A stretch of 32,000 nt of DNA from Gemmata obscuriglobus (lineage in GTDB: Bacteria; Planctomycetota; Planctomycetia; Gemmatales; Gemmataceae), in contig NZ_CP042911.1 in assembly GCF_008065095.1 (NCBI RefSeq), forward strand, positions 570,001 through 602,000, written 5' to 3'. The notes under the pieces were generated by a model, which searched no databases, was not told where the DNA came from, and saw only the letters and a list, made by a program, of their open reading frames with translations. This document shows positions 16,120 to 25,500 of the stretch, one piece after another; the stretch's first letter is position 1, and each line of letters opens with the position of its first letter. A program made the translations under genes and the position numbers.

Positions 16120-16187
16120 GGGACGTTTCACGTCGCCCGGTAACGAGTCGTAAAGTCTCGCTCGGTAAGGCCATGCGGGTTTAGGAC

Positions 16188-17624
16188 TTGCGGCCGGGCA
16201 ACTTGAGGCTTCACGGCGTGCCGTGCGGCCGCTTACAATGTGTGCGGCGCGATCCCGCGCCGGAGGACGTGATCATCAGCAAAGCATTCGACACGCAGCG
16301 GGAAGAGTTCTCGGTCGCGAGCGAGCGGGCGGTCCTGGTCAGCGTGGCGCTGCCCGAGCGCCCGTGGCCCAACGAGGCCGACCCGTGCGACGAGATCCGC
16401 GGGCTGGCGGAGACCGCCGGGGCCACCGCCGTGGCCGAACTCACGCAGCGGCGCCACGACATCCAGCTCGCCACCTACCTGGGCACCGGCAAGGTCGGGG
16501 AGCTGCACGACCTGGTCGAGTCGGCCGACGCGGACGTGGTCATCTTCGACAACGACCTGCTGCCGAACCAGGCGCGGAACCTGGAGCAGGCGCTGGGCGT
16601 GAAGGTGCTCGACCGCAGCGAGCTGATCCTGGACATCTTCGCCAGCCGCGCCCGCACGGCCGAGTCGAAGCTCCAGGTGGAGCTCGCGCAGCTCGAGTAC
16701 TCGCTCCCGCGGCTGAAGCAGATGTGGAGCCACCTGTCGCGCCAGAAGGGCGGCGGGATCGGGCTCCGCGGCCCGGGCGAGACCCAGCTCGAAACCGACC
16801 GCCGGCTGGTGCAACACCGCATCCGCGACCTGAAGCGCAAGCTGGACGAGGTGCTGGCCCGCAAGGAGCGCGAGGTGAAGAGCCGTGCGGAGGAGCACAC
16901 GGTCTCGCTCGTGGGCTACACCAACGCGGGCAAGTCGCAGCTGATGCACACGCTGACGAAGGCCGACGTGTACGTCAAGAACCAGCTCTTCTCGACGCTC
17001 GACACGCGGACCCGGCAGTGGCACATCCGCGACTGGGGCCGGGTGCTGCTGTCGGACACCGTCGGGTTCATCCGCGACCTGCCCCACCACCTCGTCGCGT
17101 CGTTCAAGGCCACGCTGTCGGAGGCCCGGCACGCGAAGCTCCTGCTCCACGTCGTGGACGCGAGCAGCCCGCAGGCCGAGGTCCACATCAACGCCGTGAA
17201 CACCGTGCTGAAGGAACTGGACTGCGGCGACCGGCCGACGCTCCTCGTGCTGAACAAGGTCGACCGGCTCCAGGACCGCTCGCTGCTCACGCTGCTGGAG
17301 GCGCACCACCCGCGGGCGGTGGCGGTGAGCGGGCTGACGGGCGAGGGCCTGGACCAGCTCGAAGACGCGGTGATGGAGGCGCTCGCGGAGGACTTCGCGG
17401 AGGCCGAGATCGTCACGGACTCGGGCAACGGGCGGGTGCTGGCGTTCCTGAACGCGCACGCCGAAATCTACCGCCAGGAGTTCCGCGACGACGAAAACGA
17501 GGTGGTGATCCGGTGCCATCTGCCGAAGCACCTGCTGCACCACATCGCCGGCCCGACGGTGAAGGTGCGGTTCGTGGAGCGCACGGGCCGACCGGAAGCG
17601 GCGGGGCGGCGCGAGGTCGGGTGA
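16188..17624 (+). CDS. hflX: GTPase HflX
   Basis: HflX-type N-terminal domain (ERAVLVSV ... LDRSELILDIFASRARTAESKLQVELAQLEY). G motifs GYTNAGKS, DTVGF and NKVD. The start is uncertain: TTG 16188, GTG 16218 or GTG 16269. Confidence 0.9.
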   Translation: MRPGNLRLHGVPCGRLQCVRRDPAPEDVIISKAFDTQREEFSVASERAVLVSVALPERPWPNEADPCDEIRGLAETAGATAVAELTQRRHDIQLATYLGTGKVGELHDLVESADADVVIFDNDLLPNQARNLEQALGVKVLDRSELILDIFASRARTAESKLQVELAQLEYSLPRLKQMWSHLSRQKGGGIGLRGPGETQLETDRRLVQHRIRDLKRKLDEVLARKEREVKSRAEEHTVSLVGYTNAGKSQLMHTLTKADVYVKNQLFSTLDTRTRQWHIRDWGRVLLSDTVGFIRDLPHHLVASFKATLSEARHAKLLLHVVDASSPQAEVHINAVNTVLKELDCGDRPTLLVLNKVDRLQDRSLLTLLEAHHPRAVAVSGLTGEGLDQLEDAVMEALAEDFAEAEIVTDSGNGRVLAFLNAHAEIYRQEFRDDENEVVIRCHLPKHLLHHIAGPTVKVRFVERTGRPEAAGRREVG

Positions 17625-17653
17625 GGTTCGGTGCGCGGCGCGGGCCGCCCGCG

Positions 17654-18325
17654 CTACACGCAGACTTCAACGGTCAGGAAGTTGTCGGGCTCGGCCTTGT
17701 ACAGGGCCGACGCCACCCGCAGGGTCCGGATGCGGTCGTCGTGCCACGGGCTTTCCAGCCGCGGCATGGTGTCGGGGTGCGGGAAGTTCTCTAGCACGTC
17801 GCACCGCACTAACATCGCCCGCACCTTGCGGATGCGTTCTTCTCCCAGGTGCTCGCAGGTCAGGAACAGGGCGTACCTCACGCTCGCGACCGGGAGCCCG
17901 GCGTCGAGCCGGATGTGCCCCTCAACGAAGTGCCCGGCGACCGCGTTGAGTACAAAGTTGAGCAGGAACCAGCGGTCCGCTTTCGGGATCGGCAGCACGG
18001 GGTTCGCGGGCGTCGTGGCGCGGGCCGCCGCCCACACCTTTTGGATCGCGAGCCGGTTCAGGAAGATCTCGTCGATGGACCGTTCCATCACGGTGCGGAT
18101 CTTGAGCGTGCCGTCGGCGAAGATGTTCAGGCTGATCGTGAGCCGGTCCAGGAACTCTTTCGCCTTCCACTGCCGCTTGGCCTGCCGCCGCGCCCACCAC
18201 CAGGTGAACACGAAGGTGGTGCCCGATGTGGTCGCCGCGACGAGGATGGTCACGATGACGCGCTTGGTGTACTCGGCCGACACTTCGGCCTCGTTCAGCC
18301 CGAACAGGAACATGCCGCCCCTCAA
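17654..18325 (-). CDS. membrane-anchored hypothetical protein
   Basis: 223-aa ORF with one N-terminal hydrophobic helix (VIVTILVAATTSGTTFVFTWWW) followed by a soluble region. No domain recognised. It is convergent with hflX, with only 29 nt between the stop codons. Confidence 0.55.
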   Translation of the reverse strand: MRGGMFLFGLNEAEVSAEYTKRVIVTILVAATTSGTTFVFTWWWARRQAKRQWKAKEFLDRLTISLNIFADGTLKIRTVMERSIDEIFLNRLAIQKVWAAARATTPANPVLPIPKADRWFLLNFVLNAVAGHFVEGHIRLDAGLPVASVRYALFLTCEHLGEERIRKVRAMLVRCDVLENFPHPDTMPRLESPWHDDRIRTLRVASALYKAEPDNFLTVEVCV

Positions 18326-18677
18326 GGTCTGGCGCCCCGAATCCCGACCGGCCGCGTTGAGCCGTGTATTTTATGAGGCGCCGAACCCGGGCGGTTCACT
18401 CGTTGACACACGCCGCGGCCCGCCGCTGTAACGGGGGTTACAGTACCGATCGGTAGCAGCAGGTGGGGCACGGGCTGGACATTCGCTGCCGTCCGACTGG
18501 CCACGGACTACCACTTCGCTGGGCGACTGCTACCCACAAATCCCACGCAATTTTTGCCGCTCACGGGGTTCCGGTCCCGCTGCCATCGGAATGATAGGTG
18601 AGGCCGAATCCGGTTGAAAAGTGACGGCGGTCTGGAAACAGGCATCGGTGAGGCGGTGCTGTCGCACCCGCACACCA

Positions 18678-18810
18678 CCGGCCTCACACAACAGATTTCA
18701 GTCCGGGGCACGTAGCAGCGCCATTGTTCATGAAATCCGTGACATCTGGATTGCTCTGGTGACAGTCCGGATTTGCCATTTCAGGATTCAAATCTGTTGT
18801 GTGAGGCCGG
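18678..18810. repeat. 21-bp perfect inverted repeat enclosing a 91-nt structured spacer
   Basis: ccggcctcacacaacagattt (18678-18698) versus aaatctgttgtgtgaggccgg (18790-18810). Inside the spacer is an inner 7-bp inverted repeat, aaatccg ... cggattt. Confidence 0.85.
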
Positions 18811-18844
18811 CTACATGAAGGAGGTTACTTTGATCAGCCGCCGC

Positions 18845-19930
18845 TCACTTCTTGGCCGGAAGCTCTTTTGCGAACACGTTCATGACCTCCAACCCGGTGA
18901 CCGGCTTGAACGCCACCGGCGAACCGCCGGCCTTCGGGGTGAGGAGCACCTGCGTGCGCTGCCACGCGCCCGGCTTCTCGGCCTTGACCGTCACGGGCGT
19001 GCCGGCGAGTTCGAGGGTGAGGTCCGCCGCGGACTTGGCCGGCACCTTCCAGTCGAACAGGAGCGCGCCGCCGTTCGGCAACGTCCCTTCATGTACCAAG
19101 TCGCTCGTGCCCGCGGCGCGGACGATACCGCCGCCGGCCTTCCACCCACCCTTTTCGGCCTTCCAGCCGTCCAGGTTCAGCCCGTTGAAGAGTGACACAT
19201 GCCCCTCTGCGACCTTCGCGCACTCGGCCGGCGTCGGGTTCGTGCTCGGCAACTCCTTGATCTTGATGTTCTTGAAGTGGCACTCCACGCCCTCGCTCTC
19301 GAGCGCGAGGTAGCCCTTGCGCGGGTTGCTCTTGCTCACGCCAGAAACTTCCTTGCCGTTGACGTGCAGCTTGATGGCGCCGTCGTTGGCGATCACCTTG
19401 TAGTGGTTCCACTCGCCGCCGCCCTTCACGCGGTTCTCGCTCGGGAGGCACCGTTCAATGCCCTTGAAGTGCGGCCGGTCCGGGGTGCATTTCGCGCCCC
19501 AGATGCTGAAGATGTCGCCGTGGCTGGTGGCCCACCCGTCCTTCGGGGCGTAGTTGATGAGCACCTGAACCTCAATGCCGCGGGTGTAGCCGGTGCCGAC
19601 CGCGGGGAGCGGGTCGCCCCATACGAACAGCCCGCTGTTCGCCATCTTCTCCTTTTCGACGTGCATCCAGTCGAAGTCGAGCTCGAAGTTCTCGTACTGC
19701 CGGTCCGTGCGGAGGAACCCCGTCGGGTTGCCCGTGGTGACGATCTCGTCGCCCTTCGCGTAGAACGTGCCGGGGGCACAGTTCACGTTCACCCACCCGT
19801 CCAGGTTCTTGCCGTTGAACAGCGCCTTCACCTCGCCCCCGGCCGGCGCGGGCGCCTTGTCCTCGGCGGGCAGGCAGGCGGCGGTCAGGCCGGCGAAGAG
19901 GCAGGTCGAAAGCAGTCGGCGCACGAGCAT
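18845..19930 (-). CDS. secreted tandem DUF1080 (3-keto-disaccharide hydrolase-like) domain protein
   Basis: Signal peptide MLVRRLLSTCLFAGLTAACLPA. LFNGKNLDGW ... YENFELDFDW ... NSGLFVWG, then a second SLFNGLNLDGWK module. Confidence 0.8.
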   Translation of the reverse strand: MLVRRLLSTCLFAGLTAACLPAEDKAPAPAGGEVKALFNGKNLDGWVNVNCAPGTFYAKGDEIVTTGNPTGFLRTDRQYENFELDFDWMHVEKEKMANSGLFVWGDPLPAVGTGYTRGIEVQVLINYAPKDGWATSHGDIFSIWGAKCTPDRPHFKGIERCLPSENRVKGGGEWNHYKVIANDGAIKLHVNGKEVSGVSKSNPRKGYLALESEGVECHFKNIKIKELPSTNPTPAECAKVAEGHVSLFNGLNLDGWKAEKGGWKAGGGIVRAAGTSDLVHEGTLPNGGALLFDWKVPAKSAADLTLELAGTPVTVKAEKPGAWQRTQVLLTPKAGGSPVAFKPVTGLEVMNVFAKELPAKK

Positions 19931-19969
19931 GAATAGTCCCTTGGCGTTAACGTCGGTCCGGCGGGCGAT

Positions 19970-22792
19970 TTACTCTTTTGTCACCGTTTCATCCAGGTTC
20001 AGCAAGACGCGCGCCACGACGGCGAACGCCCCCCAGTCGCTGAACGCGAGTCCTTCAACCTGCTTGGCGTCCTTGGAACCGGTCGCCACTTCCGCGGCGT
20101 TGGCGCCGCCCTCCTCGAAACGCTTGCGGGACTTGTCGAGCAGCGCCGACAGCACCGCCAGTTCGTCGGCGGTGGGCTTGCGCGCCACGCACAACCGGAA
20201 CGCATAGGTGAGGCGGTCCGCGTCGGTCTTCCCACCTTCAAGAACCGCGCGCTTGCCGAGCGCCCGGGCGGCCTCCACGAACAGTGTTTCGTTCAGCCCC
20301 GTCAGCGCCTGGAGGGGCGTGTTGGTGCGCGTCCGCTTCACGCACGACGCCTCACCGACCGGCACGTCGAACACGGTCAGCGCCGGGTACGGCGTTGACC
20401 GGCGGCGGAAGGTGTAGAGCGCGCGGCGGTAGCGGTCCCCGTCCCGCGCTTCGGTCCACTCGAACGGGCCGTAACTGGCCGGCGGCTTGAACAGGAAGTC
20501 CGGCGCCGGCGTGAACACGCTCGGCCCGCCGACCTTCGGGTTCAGCAGCCCGCTCGCAGCAAGGGCCGTGTCGCGCACGATCTCCCCCTCGGCGCGGAAC
20601 CGGGGGCCGCGTGCGAGCAGTTTGTTATCGGGGTCGGCCTTCAGCAACTCGGGCGACACCTTCGACGACTGGCGGTAGGTGGCGGACATCACGACGAGTT
20701 TGTGGAACTTCTTGACGCTCCAGCCGCCGTCCTGGAACTCGCGGGCCAGCCAGTCCAGTAGCTCGGGGTGGGTCGGCCGCGCGCCCTCGGTTCCGAACTC
20801 CTCCGGCGTGCTCACCAGCCCGGCGCCGAAGTACGCTTGCCAGACGCGGTTCACGACCGCCCGCGCCGTGGTCGGCGCGTTCGCGTCCACCAGCCACTTC
20901 GCCAGCGTGAGCCGGCTCGCGTCGGCGCCCGGGGGCAGCGGGTGCAGAAACGCGGGCGTCCCGGCGCTCACCTTCGCGGCGGGGCGCAAGAAGTCGCCGC
21001 GCTTGAGGATCGCGGTCGGGCGTAGCTCGTCACGCGGCTCGACGACCAGACTCGTCGAGCCCTCGGGCCACTGCTTCCAGAGCGCCTCAATTGCGGCGTT
21101 CGCGTCCTTGAACGTGGGCACGGTGGTGCGCCAGAAACCGAACACGGTCTGTGCCTGGGCGGTTGTGCGTTTGTGAGCGGGAACCGCGAGCGCGGCGCGT
21201 ACAAGCGGTGGGAGCGGGGCGCGGTCGGGAGCTGTGTCGTCGGTCACGCTGAGCCGGAAACGGCCCAGGTTGTTGTTCATGTTGTCGTCGCTGTTCCACC
21301 CGCCGTGCATCTGCCGTAGCGTGAAGTGGAGCGTGCCCCCTTCGGGGAGTTCGATCGGCTTTTCGGGCACGAACACCGCCACCCGCGGCGCGTTCCGCCG
21401 GCCCGGGCCGGCGTCGATGCCCCATGCGGTCTCGTCCTTGCCGTCGATCGCGAACGACACCGGCCCCGTCACCCGCGGCTTGTTACTTTTGTCGTCGAAG
21501 TTGCTCTCCAGCGGGCGCTCCGGGTTCGCGTAATCCGCGAGCGCCTTCACGAGCTTCACTTTCGTTCGCTTGCCCTGAGCTTCCGTCTCGACCTGGAACT
21601 CGGTCAGCGCGCTGGTACCCATGAACGAGCGGCCCGGGCCGTTGCAGGGCAAGTTCGGGTCGTTGAGCAGTTCGATTCGGAACGCCGTCACCGTCTTGAC
21701 GGGCGCCGGCCCGCGCATCAGGGTGTTGAACTTCGTCGGGGCGTACCCCTGCGCCAGAACGGAGCCGTCCGGCTGTGCGATGTAGCGCTGGGAGTTGTCG
21801 CTGGCGTTCTCCACGGCCACCGTTTTCCACGCGGGCTCGTTCCGAACGTTCTCCTCCCACTTCGCGAGCCGCTCTTGCCAGTCCGGGTGCGTCTCCTTCA
21901 GCCCGGCTTCGATCTCGGTGACCTTGGAGCGGATGCGGTTGACCTCCATCCGCTCCTTCGGCGTGTACACGACGCGCTGGGCCTCGTGGTCGTTGTTGAG
22001 GAACGCGAACAGCTTGTAGTACTCTTCCTGTGTGAGCGGGTCGGACTTGTGGTCGTGGCACTGCGCGCACGCCACGCTCAGCCCCAGGAACGCCTTGCCG
22101 AGGGCGTCCACGCGGTCGAACATGGCGTCCATCCGGAACTGCTCGGGATCGACCCCGCCCTCCTCGTTCAGCATCGACATCCGCAGGAACCCGGTCGCCA
22201 CGATCTGGTCCTGCGTCGCGTTCGGGAGCAGGTCGCCGGCGACCTGCTCGACCGTGAAGCGGTCGAACGGTAGGTCGGCGTTGAACGCGTTAATAACGTA
22301 GTCGCGGTACGCCCACACCTGACGGGACTTGTCCTTTTCGTACCCGTCGCTGTCGGCGTACCGGGCCGCGTCGAGCCACCACCGCGCCCACCGCTCGCCG
22401 TAGTGCGGCGACGCCAGCAGCTTGTCAACGAGCCGTTCGTAAGCGTCGGCGCGCGTGTCGGCGACGAACGCGTCCACGTCTTTCGGCGCGGGCGGCAGCC
22501 CGGTGAGGTCGAGGTACAGTCGGCGGCACAGCGTGACGCGGTCCGCTTCCGGCGCGGGCGTCAGCTTCTCCTTTTCGAGCCGCGAGCGGACGAACGCGTC
22601 GATCGGGTTGCGAACCGGGTGCGCGGTTTTCGGCGGCGCGGGGCGAACGGGCGCCTGAAACGCCCAATGCTTCGCGTCGGCGCCCCGGGCGGCCGTGAGG
22701 GGTACGCCCCCGGAACCGAGCGGCACCAGAACCAGCGCCGCCGTCAGCGCACCCGGCAGAGCGAACGGGAGAGTGGTCGCAGGTCGGAGCAT
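19970..22792 (-). CDS. DUF1549/DUF1553 (PSD1-type) domain protein
   Basis: ACAQCHDHKSDPLTQEEYYKLFAFLNN is the hallmark CxxCHDHK.DP motif. LYLDLTGLPP is also typical. Size is about 940 aa. ATG 22792 precedes a signal-like MLRPATTLPFALPGALTAALVLVPL. Confidence 0.85.
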   Translation of the reverse strand: MLRPATTLPFALPGALTAALVLVPLGSGGVPLTAARGADAKHWAFQAPVRPAPPKTAHPVRNPIDAFVRSRLEKEKLTPAPEADRVTLCRRLYLDLTGLPPAPKDVDAFVADTRADAYERLVDKLLASPHYGERWARWWLDAARYADSDGYEKDKSRQVWAYRDYVINAFNADLPFDRFTVEQVAGDLLPNATQDQIVATGFLRMSMLNEEGGVDPEQFRMDAMFDRVDALGKAFLGLSVACAQCHDHKSDPLTQEEYYKLFAFLNNDHEAQRVVYTPKERMEVNRIRSKVTEIEAGLKETHPDWQERLAKWEENVRNEPAWKTVAVENASDNSQRYIAQPDGSVLAQGYAPTKFNTLMRGPAPVKTVTAFRIELLNDPNLPCNGPGRSFMGTSALTEFQVETEAQGKRTKVKLVKALADYANPERPLESNFDDKSNKPRVTGPVSFAIDGKDETAWGIDAGPGRRNAPRVAVFVPEKPIELPEGGTLHFTLRQMHGGWNSDDNMNNNLGRFRLSVTDDTAPDRAPLPPLVRAALAVPAHKRTTAQAQTVFGFWRTTVPTFKDANAAIEALWKQWPEGSTSLVVEPRDELRPTAILKRGDFLRPAAKVSAGTPAFLHPLPPGADASRLTLAKWLVDANAPTTARAVVNRVWQAYFGAGLVSTPEEFGTEGARPTHPELLDWLAREFQDGGWSVKKFHKLVVMSATYRQSSKVSPELLKADPDNKLLARGPRFRAEGEIVRDTALAASGLLNPKVGGPSVFTPAPDFLFKPPASYGPFEWTEARDGDRYRRALYTFRRRSTPYPALTVFDVPVGEASCVKRTRTNTPLQALTGLNETLFVEAARALGKRAVLEGGKTDADRLTYAFRLCVARKPTADELAVLSALLDKSRKRFEEGGANAAEVATGSKDAKQVEGLAFSDWGAFAVVARVLLNLDETVTKE

Positions 22793-22890
22793 GGGATCGC
22801 GGGTTGTCTGGACGGGCGCGGGAGCGCACAATGGCGGGACTCGCGGCATTGTACCGGAACACCGCGGGCGGTTTCACGCGGGAAATTCGG

Positions 22891-24372
22891 ATGCGGCCTC
22901 TCCTCGCACTCGCCCTCGGTGTCGCGATCGCCTCCGGAGGCTCACACCCGCCCCGCGCCGCCGGCGCCGAGAAGCCGAACGTCCTGTTCATCGCGATCGA
23001 CGACCTGAACGACTGGGTCGGCCCGCTCGGCGGTCACCCGCAGGTCAAAACGTCCAACATCGACAAGCTCGCGGCCCGCGGCACCACGTTCACGAACGCG
23101 CACTGCCAGGCCCCGCTGTGCAACCCGTCGCGCACGAGCGTACTCACCGGGCTGCGCCCCTCCACGACCGGCGTTTACGCGCTCAGCCCGTGGTTCCGCA
23201 CCTCCGAGAAGCTGAAGGACCACGCTACCCTCTTCCAGTGGTTCAAGCGGAGCGGGTACGCGACCACCAGCACCGGAAAGATCTTCCACGGTGGCTACCC
23301 GCCCAAAGAGGCGCGGGCCGCAGAGGTCGATACCTTCGGCCCGCCGGGCGCGCTGCAACCGCGACCAAAAGCGAAGTTCGTGGACACGCCGGACCCGCAC
23401 CCGCTCGTTGATTGGGGCGCGTTCCCGGAGAAGGACGAGGACTGTTTCGACCACGATGTCGCGACGTGGGCGGTGAAGCACCTCAAGGACCGGCCGAAAG
23501 GGCCGTGGTTTCTCGCGGTCGGTTTCCAGCACCCGCACGTCCCCTGTTATGCGCCGCAAAAGTGGTTCGACCTGTACCCCGCGGATCAGCTCGTTTTGCC
23601 GAACGTGAAGGACGACGACCGCGACGACCTGCCGCGGTTCGCCTCGTACCTGCACTGGAAGCTCCCCGAGCCGCGGCTGAAGTGGCTCCGGGACGCGAAG
23701 CAGTGGGGGCCGCTCGTGCGGGCGTACCTCGCGAGCGTCAGCTTCGTTGACGCCCAGGTGGGCCGCGTGCTCGACGCCCTGCGCGAGGGCGGGCTGGAAC
23801 AGAACACGGTTGTGGTGCTGTGGAGCGACCACGGCTGGCACCTGGGCGAGAAGGGCATCACCGGGAAGAACACGCTCTGGGAGCGCTCCACCCGCGTGCC
23901 CCTCATCTTCGCCGGGCCGAAGGTCGCCGCAAACGCCCGGTGCGACCGTCCGGCCGAACTGCTCGACCTGTACCCGACGCTGGCGGACCTCTGCGGCCTC
24001 CCTGCGAACCCGGCGAACGAAGGGCTCAGCCTCGCCCCGCAGTTGAAGGACGCAAAGGCGGCGCGGGAGCGCCCGGCCGTCACGACCCACAACCCGGGCA
24101 ACCATTCCGTCCGCACCGAGAAGTGGCGGCACATCGTGTACGCCGACGGCAGCGAAGAACTGTACGACCGCGGCGCCGACCCGCACGAGTGGAGCAACCT
24201 CGCGAAGGATGCCAAGTTCGCCGCGGTGAAAAAAGAACTCGCGAAGTGGGTGCCGGCCACGAGCGCGGCCCCGCTGCCGAAAAGCACCGGCCGGCTCCTC
24301 ACGTTCGACAACGGCGTGCCTGTCTGGGAAGGCAAGCCGATCGGCCCGAACGACCCGTTCCCCGAGAGGTAA
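22891..24372 (+). CDS. Cys-type (formylglycine) sulfatase
   Basis: PNVLFIAIDDLNDW, CNPSRTSVLTGLRP (C-x-P-x-R sulfatase signature) and WSDHGWHLGEKG. Signal peptide from ATG 22891 (MRPLLALALGVAIASGG). Confidence 0.85.
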   Translation: MRPLLALALGVAIASGGSHPPRAAGAEKPNVLFIAIDDLNDWVGPLGGHPQVKTSNIDKLAARGTTFTNAHCQAPLCNPSRTSVLTGLRPSTTGVYALSPWFRTSEKLKDHATLFQWFKRSGYATTSTGKIFHGGYPPKEARAAEVDTFGPPGALQPRPKAKFVDTPDPHPLVDWGAFPEKDEDCFDHDVATWAVKHLKDRPKGPWFLAVGFQHPHVPCYAPQKWFDLYPADQLVLPNVKDDDRDDLPRFASYLHWKLPEPRLKWLRDAKQWGPLVRAYLASVSFVDAQVGRVLDALREGGLEQNTVVVLWSDHGWHLGEKGITGKNTLWERSTRVPLIFAGPKVAANARCDRPAELLDLYPTLADLCGLPANPANEGLSLAPQLKDAKAARERPAVTTHNPGNHSVRTEKWRHIVYADGSEELYDRGADPHEWSNLAKDAKFAAVKKELAKWVPATSAAPLPKSTGRLLTFDNGVPVWEGKPIGPNDPFPER

Positions 24373-24392
24373 CGGGGCCGTGGCCCCGTTAC
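24369..24392 (+). terminator. hairpin spanning the sulfatase stop codon
   Basis: gtaacggggcc (24369-24379) and ggccccgttac (24382-24392) are reverse complements. The hairpin lies 23 nt before the next start, so it may be an intra-operon attenuator or processing site rather than a full terminator. Confidence 0.3.
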
Positions 24393-24414
24393 CCACACCC
24401 CGCTGAGGTGCCTC

Positions 24415-25311
24415 ATGATTCGTGGTCTCGCACTCGCACTCGCACTACCCGCCGCGCTCGCACTGTCTGCCGCACGGGCGGCCGAACCGGTGACACACAA
24501 GCTGTGGCCGGGCAAGGCGCCGGGTGAGACGAAAGACATCGGCGCGGAGAAGCTCACCGAGCCCAAGAAGGGGCAAGCCGATGTGAAGCGCCTGGGTAAC
24601 GTCAGCGAGCCGACCATTACCGTCTACGCGCCGCCGAAAGAGAAGGCGAACGGCGCCGCGGTGGTGGTCGCGCCGGGCGGCGGGTACTCGATCCTGGCCA
24701 TCGAGCACGAGGGCACCGACGTGTGCAAGTGGCTCAACGACCTCGGCGTCACCGCGGTGCTGCTGAAGTACCGGGTGCCGAAGCGCGAGGCGCAGAGCCC
24801 CGACAACCTCGCGATGGTGCAGGACGCGCAGCGCGCGGTCACGCTCGTCCGCGGCATGAGTAAGGAACTCGGCGTTGACCCGAACCGGGTCGGGATGCTC
24901 GGGTTCTCGGCCGGCGGGCACCTGACCGTTTGCACCGCGCTCACCCAGAAGCGGCTGTACGAGAAGGTCGATCAGGCGGACGAGGCGGTCGGCCACCGGC
25001 CGAACTTCTGCGTGCTGGTCTACCCGGCGTACCTGACCGACAAGGGCGGCGCGCTCAAGCCGGAGTTCGCCGTCACCAAGGATTCGCCGCCGATGTTCTT
25101 CGCGCACTCGTCGGACGACCCGGTCACGAGCGAGGGGAGCGTGGCGCTGTACCTCGCGCTGACGAAGAACAAGGTGCCGGCAGAACTGCACCTGTACGCG
25201 ACCGGCGGGCACGGGTACGGGATGCGCAAAACACCGCACCCGTGCGCGAGCTGGCCCGACCGCGCCGGCGACTGGCTGAAGTCGCGCGGCCTGCTCGATA
25301 AGGCGAAATGA
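24415..25311 (+). CDS. secreted alpha/beta hydrolase (esterase/lipase-like)
   Basis: Signal peptide MIRGLALALALPAALALSAARA. VVVAPGGGY, the nucleophile elbow GFSAGGH, then HSSDDPV and GGHGY, consistent with a Ser-Asp-His triad. Confidence 0.75.
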   Translation: MIRGLALALALPAALALSAARAAEPVTHKLWPGKAPGETKDIGAEKLTEPKKGQADVKRLGNVSEPTITVYAPPKEKANGAAVVVAPGGGYSILAIEHEGTDVCKWLNDLGVTAVLLKYRVPKREAQSPDNLAMVQDAQRAVTLVRGMSKELGVDPNRVGMLGFSAGGHLTVCTALTQKRLYEKVDQADEAVGHRPNFCVLVYPAYLTDKGGALKPEFAVTKDSPPMFFAHSSDDPVTSEGSVALYLALTKNKVPAELHLYATGGHGYGMRKTPHPCASWPDRAGDWLKSRGLLDKAK

Positions 25312-25460
25312 GAACGTCCGGTAACGACCACCTTGGCTGCCATCCCCGGCATGCCATCTCCTCCGGCGGGACGATCATGCGTTCCGCGGAGAAGATGGCA
25401 AAGTATGCTCTCGGGCGGAATCTCGGTTCAGTCGCGGCGATCGAGTTCTTGTCTTTCAAA

Positions 25461-25500
25461 TCCTGTCTATCCTGTTGATCCTGTCAAAAATGCTTCCTGT
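25461..25500 (-). repeat. four copies of ACAGGA (TCCTGT on the plus strand) within 40 nt
   Basis: The plus strand has tcctgt at 25461, 25470, 25479 and 25495. On the minus strand this reads TAG ACAGGAagcatttttgACAGGAtcaACAGGAtagACAGGAttt, immediately after the stop of the 139-aa gene. Confidence 0.8.

Noticed and set aside
11527-16131. Very long antisense ORF (1534 aa) mirroring the giant VWA gene. Similar shadow ORFs occur at 8300-9757, 8641-9828, 16233-17543, 29375-31105, 6931-8538, 22942-24396 and elsewhere.
   Set aside because: Their translations are dominated by Arg/Gly/Pro/Ala/His runs with no motifs. This is typical of stop-codon-poor alternative frames in about 70% GC DNA. The opposite or other frame carries clear domain signatures.
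17625-17653. GC-rich quasi-palindrome (gcgcgggc c gcccgcgc) between the convergent hflX and membrane-protein genes, as a possible bidirectional terminator.
   Set aside because: The palindrome leaves essentially no loop. A realistic stem is only about 5-6 bp, with no U-tails. This is not enough support to list it as a feature.
18453-18534. 82-nt segment closed by an 8-bp terminal stem (ggtagcag/ctgctacc), which is tRNA-sized.
   Set aside because: I tried cloverleaf registers on both strands. There is no T-loop (TTCRANY) flanked by a 5-bp stem, no D-arm and no plausible anticodon arm.
25461-25500. Considered whether the TCCTGT repeats could be a mini CRISPR array or a replication-iteron array.
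   Set aside because: The units are only 6 nt with 3-nt spacers, far too short for CRISPR. No replication or cas genes are nearby. The repeats are retained as a possible RNA or protein-binding motif cluster only.
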